64,000 bases of DNA from Pyrinomonadaceae bacterium (GTDB lineage Bacteria > Acidobacteriota > Blastocatellia > Pyrinomonadales > Pyrinomonadaceae): contig DASVGE010000019.1 in NCBI GenBank assembly GCA_036379695.1, forward strand, positions 976 to 64,975, in the 5' to 3' direction. Under the pieces are notes generated by a model. That model did no database searches. It was not told where the DNA came from and was given only the letters and a program-made list of their open reading frames with translations. Below, piece by piece: positions 26,625-35,460 of this stretch (within the stretch, counting starts at the first letter, position 1; each line of letters begins with the position of its first letter). The position numbers and the translations under genes are program-made.

Positions 26625-26713
26625 CTACAAAAGGGCACAAAGAATTTAGCCACAAGAAGGCACAAAAGGCACAAAAGAATTTAGCCACAAAAAGGCACAG
26701 AAGGCACATAAGA
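26622..26713. repeat. Type C arms in same-orientation tandem (three copies, no inverted partner)
   Basis: TAGCTACAAAAGGGCACAAAGAAT / TTAGCCACAAGAAGGCACAAAAGGCACAAAAGAAT / TTAGCCACAAAAAGGCACAGAAGGCACATAAGA. The upstream TAG stop is the first triplet. Confidence 0.9.
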
Positions 26714-26727
26714 GAAAGCAGCGGGAC

Positions 26728-27426
26728 ATGATCAATATCAGGAAGTCGAATCAGCGGGGACATTTCGATCACGGGTGGCTGAATACGTATCACACGTTCT
26801 CGTTCGATCAGTATTACGATCCGCGTTACATGGGCTTTCGCAGTTTGCGCGTGATCAATGAAGACTTTGTCGCTCCGGGTCGCGGGTTCCCGACGCACGG
26901 GCATCGCGATATGGAGATCATCACTTACATTCTGGAAGGTGCGCTCCAACACGAAGACAGCATGGGCAACGGCTCTGTCATCCGTCCGGGAGACGTGCAG
27001 CGCATGACTGCCGGGACCGGCGTTCGTCACAGTGAAAAGAACGCGTCGGACAAAGAGCGCGTACACCTGCTGCAGATCTGGATACTGCCAAGTGCAGACG
27101 GTCTCACGCCCGGTTACGAACAGAAGGCTTTTTCGGAAGCAGAGCGGCGCGGGCGTTTGCGGTTGATTGCTTCCAACGACGGCCGCGATGATTCGGTGAG
27201 ACTGAACCAGGACGTTAGCTTGTTTGCCGCGCTACTCGACGCCGGTGAGGAAGTTGAGCGCACGATGGATCCGGCGCGTTATGGATGGATTCAGGTGGCA
27301 CGCGGTGCGATCACTGTCAACGGAGAGAAAGCGGAGCAGGGTGACGGCGTTGTGGTTGTCGCCGAACCGAATCTGAAGATTAAAGCTGAAGAGCCTGCGG
27401 AAATCCTGTTGTTTGATCTTCAATGA
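26728..27426 (+). CDS. Pirin-family protein
   Basis: 232 aa. N-terminal RGHFDHGWLNTYHTFSF and the cupin His motif FPTHGHRDMEI. Confidence 0.9.
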   Translation: MINIRKSNQRGHFDHGWLNTYHTFSFDQYYDPRYMGFRSLRVINEDFVAPGRGFPTHGHRDMEIITYILEGALQHEDSMGNGSVIRPGDVQRMTAGTGVRHSEKNASDKERVHLLQIWILPSADGLTPGYEQKAFSEAERRGRLRLIASNDGRDDSVRLNQDVSLFAALLDAGEEVERTMDPARYGWIQVARGAITVNGEKAEQGDGVVVVAEPNLKIKAEEPAEILLFDLQ

Positions 27427-28634
27427 CCACCCCGCATCCACGACGCTGGCGTGCCCTGGCGCTCCTTTCCATTGCGGAGTTGCTGGGGATGTCACTTTGG
27501 TTCAGCGGTTCCGCAGTCGTTCCCGCACTCTCGCTCGAATGGCAACTCTCTCCCTCGCAAATTAGCTGGCTCGCCAACGCCGTTCAGCTCGGCTTCGTCG
27601 CCGGCACGCTGATCAGTGCGACCTTAAACCTGCCTGACATTATCAGCACACGACATCTCTTCGCCGTTTCGTCGTTTAGCGGCGTCGCTGTAAATGCAGT
27701 CTTTGGTCTGTACGTACACGATCCGTCAACCGCGATTGTGCTGCGGTTCCTGACCGGTGTTTGTCTCGCGGGTGTCTACCCGCCCGGCATGAAGATCATG
27801 GCGACGTGGTTTCGCGAACGTCGCGGCATGGCGCTCGGCGTGCTGGTCGGAGCCCTCACGATGGGAAAGGCCACACCTTATCTCGTCAATGCGGTCGGAA
27901 GCAACGACTGGCGTGCGAACGTGATCTTTGTTTCGTTACTGGCAGTTATCGGCGCCCTGATCGTGCTCTTCTTTGTCGAGGAGGGTCCATTCGCCTTGCC
28001 GCCGGCGAAGTTTGACCTGTCGCAGATTGTCAGGGTGTTCAGCAACCGCGGCGTGAGGCTGGCGAGCTTTGGTTACTTCGGGCACATGTGGGAGCTCTAC
28101 GGCATGTGGATCTGGATCCCGGTGATGATCCGCGCGAGCCTCGCCACGCAGAATGAAGATCCATGGCTGGCTGAGCTTGGTTCGTTTCTGGTTATTGGGG
28201 CCGGCGCGGTTGGTTGTGTTATCGCGGGCCTGGTCGCCGACCGTGTAGGACGAACGTTGGTCACTTCGTGGGCGATGGCGATTAGCGGCACGTGTTGTTT
28301 AGTGATTGGATTGCTTTACGGCGGCAGTCCGTGGTTGCTGCTAGTGGTTGCCGTAATCTGGGGAGCAACCGTCGTGGCAGACTCCGCACAGTTCTCTTCG
28401 TGCGTCACCGAGCTCGGAGACCCGCAGTACATCGGTACCGCATTGACGATTCAAATGTGTATCGGCTTCCTACTGACAACGATCTCGATCGAGTTGATTC
28501 CAAAAGTCCAGACCGCCTGGGGCTGGCGCTACGCCTTCATGATCCTCGCGCCCGGACCGTTATTCGGCGTGATCTCGATGCTGCGTCTCCGGCAACTACC
28601 CGAAGCAATCAAAATCGCACATGGTAAACGGTAG
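27423..28634 (+). CDS. MFS transporter
   Basis: 403 aa with about 12 TM helices. The start overlaps the pirin stop by 4 nt. Confidence 0.9.
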   Translation: MTTPHPRRWRALALLSIAELLGMSLWFSGSAVVPALSLEWQLSPSQISWLANAVQLGFVAGTLISATLNLPDIISTRHLFAVSSFSGVAVNAVFGLYVHDPSTAIVLRFLTGVCLAGVYPPGMKIMATWFRERRGMALGVLVGALTMGKATPYLVNAVGSNDWRANVIFVSLLAVIGALIVLFFVEEGPFALPPAKFDLSQIVRVFSNRGVRLASFGYFGHMWELYGMWIWIPVMIRASLATQNEDPWLAELGSFLVIGAGAVGCVIAGLVADRVGRTLVTSWAMAISGTCCLVIGLLYGGSPWLLLVVAVIWGATVVADSAQFSSCVTELGDPQYIGTALTIQMCIGFLLTTISIELIPKVQTAWGWRYAFMILAPGPLFGVISMLRLRQLPEAIKIAHGKR

Positions 28635-28714
28635 TTAGCCACAGATGAACACGGATTTCATACACAGATTAAGATAAAAATCCGTGTATGGAATCCGTGT
28701 TCATCTGTGGCTAA
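28635..28714. repeat. Intergenic palindromic element, type B (three-unit arms)
   Basis: TTAGCCACAGATGAACACGGATTTCATACACAGATT ... AATCCGTGTATGGAATCCGTGTTCATCTGTGGCTAA. It starts immediately after the MFS TAG stop. Confidence 0.95.
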
Positions 28715-28915
28715 AATTCCGCTTCTTGTAAATCTTAGTGCCCTTGTTATATTCTCTCCGCCACAGGTGATTTCGATGAAAATTGTCCTCTCTCTCAAAA
28801 CTTGGCTGAACCGAGCTTGATTCGGACTTAGCCGCTCCTTTTTCAATTCCGTAAACAACCGAAGTGTGTTTTCCCAGTGGTCCTGTATTCGGCGATCCAC
28901 TTTCGAGGTTCGATC

Positions 28916-29719
28916 ATGCAAAAACCAGCTATACAGGTGCGCAATCTTCGTAAAAGTTTCCGCAAACGAAATGGTTTCCGGAAGAAGTCTGAACTCTGGG
29001 CGATTGACGATGTTTCGTTCAGCGTCGCGCAGGGTGAGACCTACGGACTGCTCGGACCGAACGGCTCCGGCAAGTCGAGTTTGATCCGCATTCTTTCGAC
29101 GTTGCTGATCGCCGATAGCGGCTACGTCCGTTTGCTGGATTTCACTTTGCCCGAGCAGGCGGACGAGGTGCGCCGCATCATCGGTCGCGTCAGCGTTGAC
29201 GCCGCGTTCTACAAGAAACTCTCGGCGCGTGAAAACCTGCTTTACACGGCGCTGCTCTACGGCCAGAACGCGCGCGAGGCGGAGCGCCGCGTAATGGAGA
29301 TTCTCGAACAGTTGGGAATGGAAAACGCGAAGTTCTCGACGCCGCTCGAGGAGATGAGCCGTGGTATGCAGCAGAAGATCAGCATCGCGCGCGCGCTGAT
29401 GATCAATCCGCCGCTGTTGCTGCTCGACGAGCCGACCACGGGTCTCGATCCGAAGAGCCGTCGCGACGTGCAGTTGTTTCTGGAGAATCTACAGTCACGA
29501 GAGGGAACTACGATTCTCCTGACGACGCACGACATGGCCGAAGCGGAACGACTCTGCGCCCGCATCGGTTTTCTCGCGCACGGCAAGCTCGTGGCTGAAG
29601 GAACTGCTGAGCAGTTGAAACAACGCGCCGGCGCCGCCACGCTCGACGACGCCTTCATCAAGTTAACGGGTGAAGAGCTCGTCGAGGAAGAAGAGGAAAT
29701 GGTGGCCATCGCAGATTAG
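28916..29719 (+). CDS. ABC transporter ATP-binding protein
   Basis: Walker A GPNGSGKS, signature MSRGMQQK and Walker B LLLLDEPT. I prefer the ATG at 28916 within the ORF-track frame 28877..29719. Confidence 0.9.
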   Translation: MQKPAIQVRNLRKSFRKRNGFRKKSELWAIDDVSFSVAQGETYGLLGPNGSGKSSLIRILSTLLIADSGYVRLLDFTLPEQADEVRRIIGRVSVDAAFYKKLSARENLLYTALLYGQNAREAERRVMEILEQLGMENAKFSTPLEEMSRGMQQKISIARALMINPPLLLLDEPTTGLDPKSRRDVQLFLENLQSREGTTILLTTHDMAEAERLCARIGFLAHGKLVAEGTAEQLKQRAGAATLDDAFIKLTGEELVEEEEEMVAIAD

Positions 29720-29769
29720 ACAGAGCCATCCGCAGATTACGCAGATTAATCTGTGCAATCTGTGGATGG
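29711..29769. repeat. Intergenic palindromic element, type A, inside an ABC transporter operon
   Basis: An extra unit GCAGATTAG contains the ATPase TAG stop. It is followed by CCATCCGCAGATTACGCAGATT|AATCTGTGCAATCTGTGGATGG (29726-29769). Confidence 0.9.
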
Positions 29770-29785
29770 ATTTAGGAGTGGGGCA

Positions 29786-30610
29786 ATGGAAGCTACTTTA
29801 CGACAGACATGGGCCTTCCTGTTTCGCGGGTATCACATTACTCGACGTTACATTGGGTGGGTCGTCGTCTTCAATTTTTACGCACTCGTGACTTCAGCAA
29901 CTGTGGCGTTGATCGGCGTCGCGGAGAAAGACTATCAACTCACGCTGACACTCGTTGTCGGAGCGCTGTTGTGGAACTATCTCTCCTGGCTCTATCAGGA
30001 GATCGCGATGTCGATCGCTTACGAGCGTTGGGAAGGGACGCTGGAATACACGTTCATGGCGCCGGTGTCGCGAGCCGTACACCTGCTCGGCGTCAGTTTG
30101 TATTCATTACTGAACAGCATCGTGACGAGCGTGATCGTGCTCGTCGGCCTGATGCTGTTCACGAACCTGACCTTGCGCGGAGCAAACCTGTTTGGCGTGT
30201 TCGTGGTGCTGGCGGTGAGTACGCTTGCTTTCGTGGGACTGGGACTGTTCGCGGCGGTGTTTCCGGTGATGAGCGCCGAGCGAGGCGCAGAAGCGACGCA
30301 CATCTTTCAGGGCTCGCTTCTACTCGTTTCCGGAGTTTATTATCCCATCGAAGTCCTGCCAGGCTGGCTACAGCCGCTGTCGGCAATCTCACCGGCGACT
30401 TACACGTTGTCTGCTTGCCGGAAGCTGTTCGGAGTCGGAAACAGCAACTCGACGGCGGAGCATCTCGCCGGTGCGCCGCTGTCGGCGGTGTCGCACGAGT
30501 TGCTGATACTGGCGTTGATGGGAGCGATACTTCTACCGTTAGGCCTGCTGGTCTTCGTGCGAATCGAGGCGTGGGCCAAGAAGACAGGGAAGTTAAAACG
30601 AACTGGATGA
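29786..30610 (+). CDS. ABC-2 type transporter permease
   Basis: About 274 aa with six hydrophobic segments. It follows the ATPase gene. The ATG at 29786 lies just after the repeat. Confidence 0.85.
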   Translation: MEATLRQTWAFLFRGYHITRRYIGWVVVFNFYALVTSATVALIGVAEKDYQLTLTLVVGALLWNYLSWLYQEIAMSIAYERWEGTLEYTFMAPVSRAVHLLGVSLYSLLNSIVTSVIVLVGLMLFTNLTLRGANLFGVFVVLAVSTLAFVGLGLFAAVFPVMSAERGAEATHIFQGSLLLVSGVYYPIEVLPGWLQPLSAISPATYTLSACRKLFGVGNSNSTAEHLAGAPLSAVSHELLILALMGAILLPLGLLVFVRIEAWAKKTGKLKRTG

Positions 30611-31296
30611 AACGCGAGAGTCTCGACGAACTCAAAGCACGCACGCGAGCGATTATCAGGCGACTCAAACGGGCGTATCCTGATGCGAAGTGTTCGCTCA
30701 ATCATACGAACCCGTTTGAGTTGCTTGTCGCCACGATTCTGTCGGCGCAGTGTACCGACGAGCGCGTCAACATGGTTACTGCCGATCTCTTTCGGAAGTA
30801 CCGCAAGCCGGAAGACTACCTGAACGTGTCGCCGCGCGAACTGGAGAAAGACATTCAGTCGACCGGGTTCTTTCGGAACAAGACGAAGTCGATACAGGGA
30901 GCGTCGAAGATGTTGACGGAGCAATACGGCGGGCAGGTGCCGCAGACGATGGATGAGTTGTTGGAGCTGCCGGGTGTTGCGCGCAAGACTGCGAATGTGG
31001 TGTTGGGAAACGCTTTTGATATTCACGCGGGCGTCGTGGTGGATACGCACGTCACGCGGCTCTCACATCGGCTCGGATTGACGCAACAGAAGACCGCGGA
31101 AAAGATCGAGCAGGATTTGATCCCGATCGTGCCGAAGAAGGACTGGGTGCTCTTCCCGCACCTGATGATTTACCACGGGCGGAAGATCTGCAAAGCACGC
31201 AATCCGTTGTGCGCTGAATGCACGATCGAGAAGCACTGTCCCTCGTCGTACTTGAAGACAGGAGTAATACCGGGAACACGGATGAACGCGGATTGA
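30607..31296 (+). CDS. nth: Endonuclease III
   Basis: HhH-GPD motif LPGVARKTANVV and the Fe-S cluster CKARNPLCAECTIEKHC. The ATG at 30607 overlaps the permease stop. The long 29809..31296 frame is real only from this ATG onward. Confidence 0.95.
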   Translation: MKRESLDELKARTRAIIRRLKRAYPDAKCSLNHTNPFELLVATILSAQCTDERVNMVTADLFRKYRKPEDYLNVSPRELEKDIQSTGFFRNKTKSIQGASKMLTEQYGGQVPQTMDELLELPGVARKTANVVLGNAFDIHAGVVVDTHVTRLSHRLGLTQQKTAEKIEQDLIPIVPKKDWVLFPHLMIYHGRKICKARNPLCAECTIEKHCPSSYLKTGVIPGTRMNAD

Positions 31297-31339
31297 AATA
31301 CGGATTTGATCCGTATTTCATCCGCGGTTATCGGTGGTT
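31275..31339. repeat. Intergenic palindromic element, CGGAT-unit variant of type B
   Basis: AACACGGATGAACGCGGATTGAAATACGGAT-TTG-ATCCGTATTTCATCCGCGGTTATCGGTGGTT. The left arm overlaps the last codons and the TGA stop of nth. Confidence 0.9.
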
Positions 31340-31342
31340 GGA

Positions 31343-32764
31343 TTAGGGTTTGACGGTTGAGGCGATGGCTGAAGAGGCTTGTTGGACAAGGGGAGTGATG
31401 ATGTCCTCTTTTTCTGACTTCGCTTTGCCTTTGTATGTTTGTGCGAAGCTGGGCGTGGTGCTGCCCGGCTTCTCCAGCCGGATGTCCAGGGTCAACTCGT
31501 CTTTGTTTTTGATCTTTTCAGCTACTGTAGCTGCCGCGATCGTGTTCGTTGCGACCACTGCGGCCGTGCCCGAGGGGTAGCCGACGCTGCTACCGATCTT
31601 CGCGGCAGTGCTGCCGAAGACGCTTCCAAAACCACCGCCACCACCTTTTTTGTGCGAGACGTTCGTGTAGACGATGTAGTCGCACTCTTTCTGTTGCGCT
31701 TCTGCCTGGATCGTAGCGCCACCCGTAGCGTCGATCGGAACGACTTCGACGTTTCCGGATTTCAGGTGTTGGAGCAGTGTATTCCGCACGGCGCCAGCGA
31801 GCTCGGCAGCGTTCATTGCCTCACCGACATTGCCGGTCTTCACAGCCGGGACACCCAGACGAATGACACCTGCCCGTTTCGGCCCCAGCGGAGTTGCAGT
31901 GGGCTGCGTGGTTGCGGCGGCAGTCGAAACACTGGAAGTGCTGGTGGATGGATTGCTGGATTCCGGATTGGCGGCGGCCGCGGCTGCGCTGAACGCGCTC
32001 GCGAAGTCTTCGACCTGGCGATAACCTGCAGGCACGTCAAACAAACTCGGATCGAGTGTCGCCTGAGAAAATTCCACTACCTCAGTGGTGGTGGTGAAAC
32101 TCTCAGCGCCATTCGGTCCAAACATCGTCGTCTTTTCCCAAACGGGGTAACCTTTGCGCGCGGCGCCGATCTGCTTGGTCTCGTAACGATCCTGGCAGCC
32201 ACCACTGGCCTTCGGTCGGTAACCTGAGTAGCCGGCGCCCATATCGCAATCGAGTGCAAAAGCAGCGTCGATGTACCAGCCGTCGATCTGCATTTTGGTG
32301 TCGACCTGCGAGCAGGCGTCAGGCGACGACTTCATCTCCATCGTGGTGATGATGTGGCGCGCAGTGTAACCAAACATCTGCTTGCGCTCGCCTGTGTCTT
32401 TGGTGGTGACGGTTGAAGTGACCAGGCCGCCTTTTCGTGTGGCATTCGGCTGAGTCGTGGCAGCGCTTGTTGGGGTGGTCGTGCCTGGTGTTGCTGACGG
32501 CTGGTCATACGGCTGGATCATGTACATCTTTGCTTCCGTCATGATCTGAATATTTCGCCGCAGGTCGCACTGCTGAATCATGACCATCTGACCGTTGTTT
32601 GTTTCGGTGCGCTGGCGTTTGCCTTTGATGTAACTGGTGTTTTCGTAAGTTTGACCGCCGCTGGTTTGACGCGACTTGACCTTGGTATCAGCACTGGCAA
32701 TTACTGACATCAACATCAAACAGCTGGTTGCAATTGCAGTTCTGAAAAGTATCGTTTTGAGCAT
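31343..32764 (-). CDS. Hypothetical secreted protein with Thr/Ser/Ala-rich linkers
   Basis: 473 aa with a signal peptide (…MSVIASA). Two globular parts are separated by low-complexity T/S/A-rich stretches, and there is a Gly run (KKGGGGGFG). No named domain recognised. Confidence 0.7.
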   Translation of the reverse strand: MLKTILFRTAIATSCLMLMSVIASADTKVKSRQTSGGQTYENTSYIKGKRQRTETNNGQMVMIQQCDLRRNIQIMTEAKMYMIQPYDQPSATPGTTTPTSAATTQPNATRKGGLVTSTVTTKDTGERKQMFGYTARHIITTMEMKSSPDACSQVDTKMQIDGWYIDAAFALDCDMGAGYSGYRPKASGGCQDRYETKQIGAARKGYPVWEKTTMFGPNGAESFTTTTEVVEFSQATLDPSLFDVPAGYRQVEDFASAFSAAAAAANPESSNPSTSTSSVSTAAATTQPTATPLGPKRAGVIRLGVPAVKTGNVGEAMNAAELAGAVRNTLLQHLKSGNVEVVPIDATGGATIQAEAQQKECDYIVYTNVSHKKGGGGGFGSVFGSTAAKIGSSVGYPSGTAAVVATNTIAAATVAEKIKNKDELTLDIRLEKPGSTTPSFAQTYKGKAKSEKEDIITPLVQQASSAIASTVKP

Positions 32765-32913
32765 ACCCTCTTGTTATTTCTCCTGATTTGGGGATGTTTG
32801 TGTGCCAGGGGAGACGCTGTACTATAACCCTCAATTTGAAAACGCGAAAGCGCTCCGGGAAAAGGGTCAAAGGCCGAAGAAAATAGGACCTGGGGGACGG
32901 ATAGGACCTATTT

Positions 32914-32942
32914 TTGACGCTCGTGGTAGGGGCGGCTAGAAT
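32914..32942 (+). promoter_or_regulatory. Sigma-70-like promoter candidate (TTGACG-17-TAGAAT)
   Basis: TTGACG at 32914-32919, a 17-nt spacer and TAGAAT at 32937-32942, directly upstream of the metallopeptidase-like gene. Confidence 0.5.
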
Positions 32943-32952
32943 CTGCTTCACC

Positions 32953-33972
32953 GTGAGCTACCGATTCCCCTGGCATCGCCTCAACGATGAGCAATTGCTT
33001 GACCTGCGCATCTGCGACCTGCCCATAAAAATCAAGGGTTCGTTTGTCGAACGCCAGATTATAAGGCTTTATAACGAGCTGAATGCCCGCGGAATTCGCT
33101 TCAAACCCCATGTTTGGCTGGGAGAAGAGTGGTTTTCACCGGACGGCGTGCCCGGTATCGCGATTCCGTTTTACCTGGCGCACCCGCGCCTCATGAAACT
33201 CGAACGCAAGCAGATGCTGGAAGTCGAAGGCGGCAGCGACCCGGAGGCCATACGCATTCTGCGGCACGAAGCCGGCCACGCCCTCGACACGGCTTTTCGG
33301 CTTCACTTCAAACGCCAGTACCGCGAACTCTTCGGCTCGTTTGCACAACCCTATCCCGACTTCTACAAACCAAAACCCAAGAGCCGGAAGTTCGTGTTGC
33401 ACCTGCCCGCGTGGTACGCGCAGGCGCACCCGGCGGAAGACTTCGCCGAAACGTTCGCCGTCTGGCTCACGCCACGCTCGCAATGGCGTCGCCGTTATCG
33501 CGGCTGGCCCGCGCTGCACAAGCTCGAGTACATCGACGAGTTGATGAACGGTCTCGCCGGCACCAAGCCGAGAAACAGGACGCGCACAAAAGTGGAGCCA
33601 CTATCTGCGTTGAGAATAACTTTGCGCGAACATTACCGGCGCAAGCGCGAGCGTTACGACTTCGAATGGCCCGCAGTTTACGATCGCGATCTGAATCGAA
33701 TTTTCTCTGACGATCCGCGACACAAGTCGAAGATGAGCGCGGCAAGTTTCCTTCGCAAGGTGCGGCGTGAGGTGCGACAGATCGTCGCCGAAGGCACCGG
33801 CGTGCATCAGTACACCATCGATCACGTGCTGCAAAATATGATCGATCGCTGCAAAGAATTGAAACTTCGTGTAGCAACCCCCTTTCGCGAAACGCGTCGT
33901 CGTGTCATGATAGCGTTGACTGTGCAAGTAATGAACGTGCTTCATTCAGGTTATCATCGCATAGCCGTATGA
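32953..33972 (+). CDS. Putative zinc-binding metallopeptidase (Peptidase_Mx-like)
   Basis: HExxH motif in ILRHEAGHALD and the conserved WFSPDGVPGIAIPFYLAHP block. The ORF-track TTG at 32914 coincides with the -35 box, so I prefer the GTG at 32953 (near-leaderless). The start is uncertain. Confidence 0.7.
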   Translation: MSYRFPWHRLNDEQLLDLRICDLPIKIKGSFVERQIIRLYNELNARGIRFKPHVWLGEEWFSPDGVPGIAIPFYLAHPRLMKLERKQMLEVEGGSDPEAIRILRHEAGHALDTAFRLHFKRQYRELFGSFAQPYPDFYKPKPKSRKFVLHLPAWYAQAHPAEDFAETFAVWLTPRSQWRRRYRGWPALHKLEYIDELMNGLAGTKPRNRTRTKVEPLSALRITLREHYRRKRERYDFEWPAVYDRDLNRIFSDDPRHKSKMSAASFLRKVRREVRQIVAEGTGVHQYTIDHVLQNMIDRCKELKLRVATPFRETRRRVMIALTVQVMNVLHSGYHRIAV

Positions 33973-35006
33973 CCTTTGAGCCACGCAAGAAGCTGCGCAT
34001 CATCGTGCTCGTCCACGAAAGCCTCGTGCCTCCCGACTCATTGGACGGCCTTTCCGACAAAGAAAAACTGGAAATCAAAACTGAATACGACGTGATCTCG
34101 ACTCTCAAGAAGATGGGCCACGACGTGTATCCCGTTGGTTTATACAACCAGCTCAAGGTGATCGGGGATGCGCTCATGGAATACAAACCTCACATCGCTT
34201 TCAACCTGCTCGAAGAATTTCACGGTTATCCACTTTACGATCAGCACGTCGTCAGTTATCTCGAACTGATGAAGCAGGCATACACGGGTTGTAATCCGCG
34301 TGGCATGACTATCGCGCACGATAAGGCACTGACGAAGATGATCCTTTCGTATCACCGTCTGCTGGTGCCGAACTTCGCGGTGTTTCCGATGAATAGAAAA
34401 GTGCGGCGTCCGAAGCGCTTGAAGTTTCCGTTGCTGGTTAAGTCGATCAGTGAGGAAGGCTCGGTCGGAATCGCGCAGGCTTCGATCGTGCACGACGATG
34501 AGAAGCTCGTACAGCGCGTCGAGTTTATTCATCAAAAGAACAAGACCGATGCGATCGTCGAGCAGTACATCAAGGGTCGCGAGATCTACGTCGGCGTGAT
34601 TGGTAATCAGAACATTCAAACTTACGCGCCGTGGGAATTGGTGATGGAGAAGTTACCGGAAGGCGCGGAGAACATTGCGACGCTGAAAGTGAAGTGGGAC
34701 CCGGCTTACCAGGAGCGGGTTGGGGTGGCGACGCGCGCGGCGGAGTTGACGCCCGAACAGCACAAAACGCTCGAGCGGTTGTCGAAACGAATCTATCGCT
34801 ATCTATTCCTGAGCGGGTATGCGCGGTTGGACTACCGCATGACTGAGGAAGGGCAGTTCTACTTACTGGAGGCGAATCCGAATCCACAGATCGCGCATCA
34901 CGAGGACTTCGCTGATTCGGCTGAGTATTCGGGCGTGCCTTACGATCAGTTGCTCCAGAAGATAATCACGGTGGGTTTGAACTACGCCGGCGCGCGGATA
35001 ACCTGA
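33969..35006 (+). CDS. ATP-grasp enzyme of the D-alanine--D-alanine ligase family
   Basis: 345 aa with Ddl-like N-terminal, central and ATP-grasp regions (…KDALTKMIL…, …LLVKSISEEGSVGI…, …LLEANPNPQI…). The start overlaps the upstream stop (ATGA). Confidence 0.85.
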   Translation: MTFEPRKKLRIIVLVHESLVPPDSLDGLSDKEKLEIKTEYDVISTLKKMGHDVYPVGLYNQLKVIGDALMEYKPHIAFNLLEEFHGYPLYDQHVVSYLELMKQAYTGCNPRGMTIAHDKALTKMILSYHRLLVPNFAVFPMNRKVRRPKRLKFPLLVKSISEEGSVGIAQASIVHDDEKLVQRVEFIHQKNKTDAIVEQYIKGREIYVGVIGNQNIQTYAPWELVMEKLPEGAENIATLKVKWDPAYQERVGVATRAAELTPEQHKTLERLSKRIYRYLFLSGYARLDYRMTEEGQFYLLEANPNPQIAHHEDFADSAEYSGVPYDQLLQKIITVGLNYAGARIT

Positions 35007-35147
35007 AAGCGCCGCCTCATTCGAAATTTAATAACAACCATACAGTCGAACTAATTTTTCAGGATGTCGGGAGTTTTCAGCCCCATGACACTCGCTATCA
35101 CTCTGCTTTTCACGGTGACCCTCTTTCGGAGGCTTCAGCGCGCCTAA

Positions 35148-35197
35148 AATCCAACCACAGATTACACAGATTTTTCTCTGAAATCTGCGGATGGATT
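35148..35197. repeat. Intergenic palindromic element, type A, asymmetric
   Basis: AATCCAACCACAGATTACACAGATTT ... AAATCTGCGGATGGATT. The left arm has two units and the right arm has one. Confidence 0.8.
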
Positions 35198-35460
35198 GAA
35201 GTCAGATTGACTGATTGCCGCTATCGAAATTCCTGATTGCCCCCATAAACATTGTTTTAGACGCCCCAGATCGTTGTAATGAATTCGTGACTTCTTTCAG
35301 TGCAAATGGCTCATACGAAAGGCGTTTCGTCACGAAACAGTCACATTGCCTGTTGAAGCACCCTGTTTGAGCCGCTAAGATGCCAAAGGTTTTAGCGGTG
35401 CCCTCCTCACGCAGAAATACCAAAAAATTAGAAATCCAAAGAGAAGGTACTTCCCTGTTT

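Noticed and set aside
28658-28921. 87-aa minus-strand ORF between the MFS and ABC genes
   Set aside because: Its C-terminal third is translated straight from the type B palindrome (…TDEHGFHTRIFILICV), and the rest overlaps the ABC ATPase 5' region. There is no SD or motif support.
29809-31296. 495-aa ORF spanning the ABC permease region and nth
   Set aside because: Only its last 229 codons (from ATG 30607) look like a real protein, endonuclease III. The upstream part is an out-of-frame read-through of the permease gene with Arg/Gly-rich nonsense composition typical of GC-rich off-frames.
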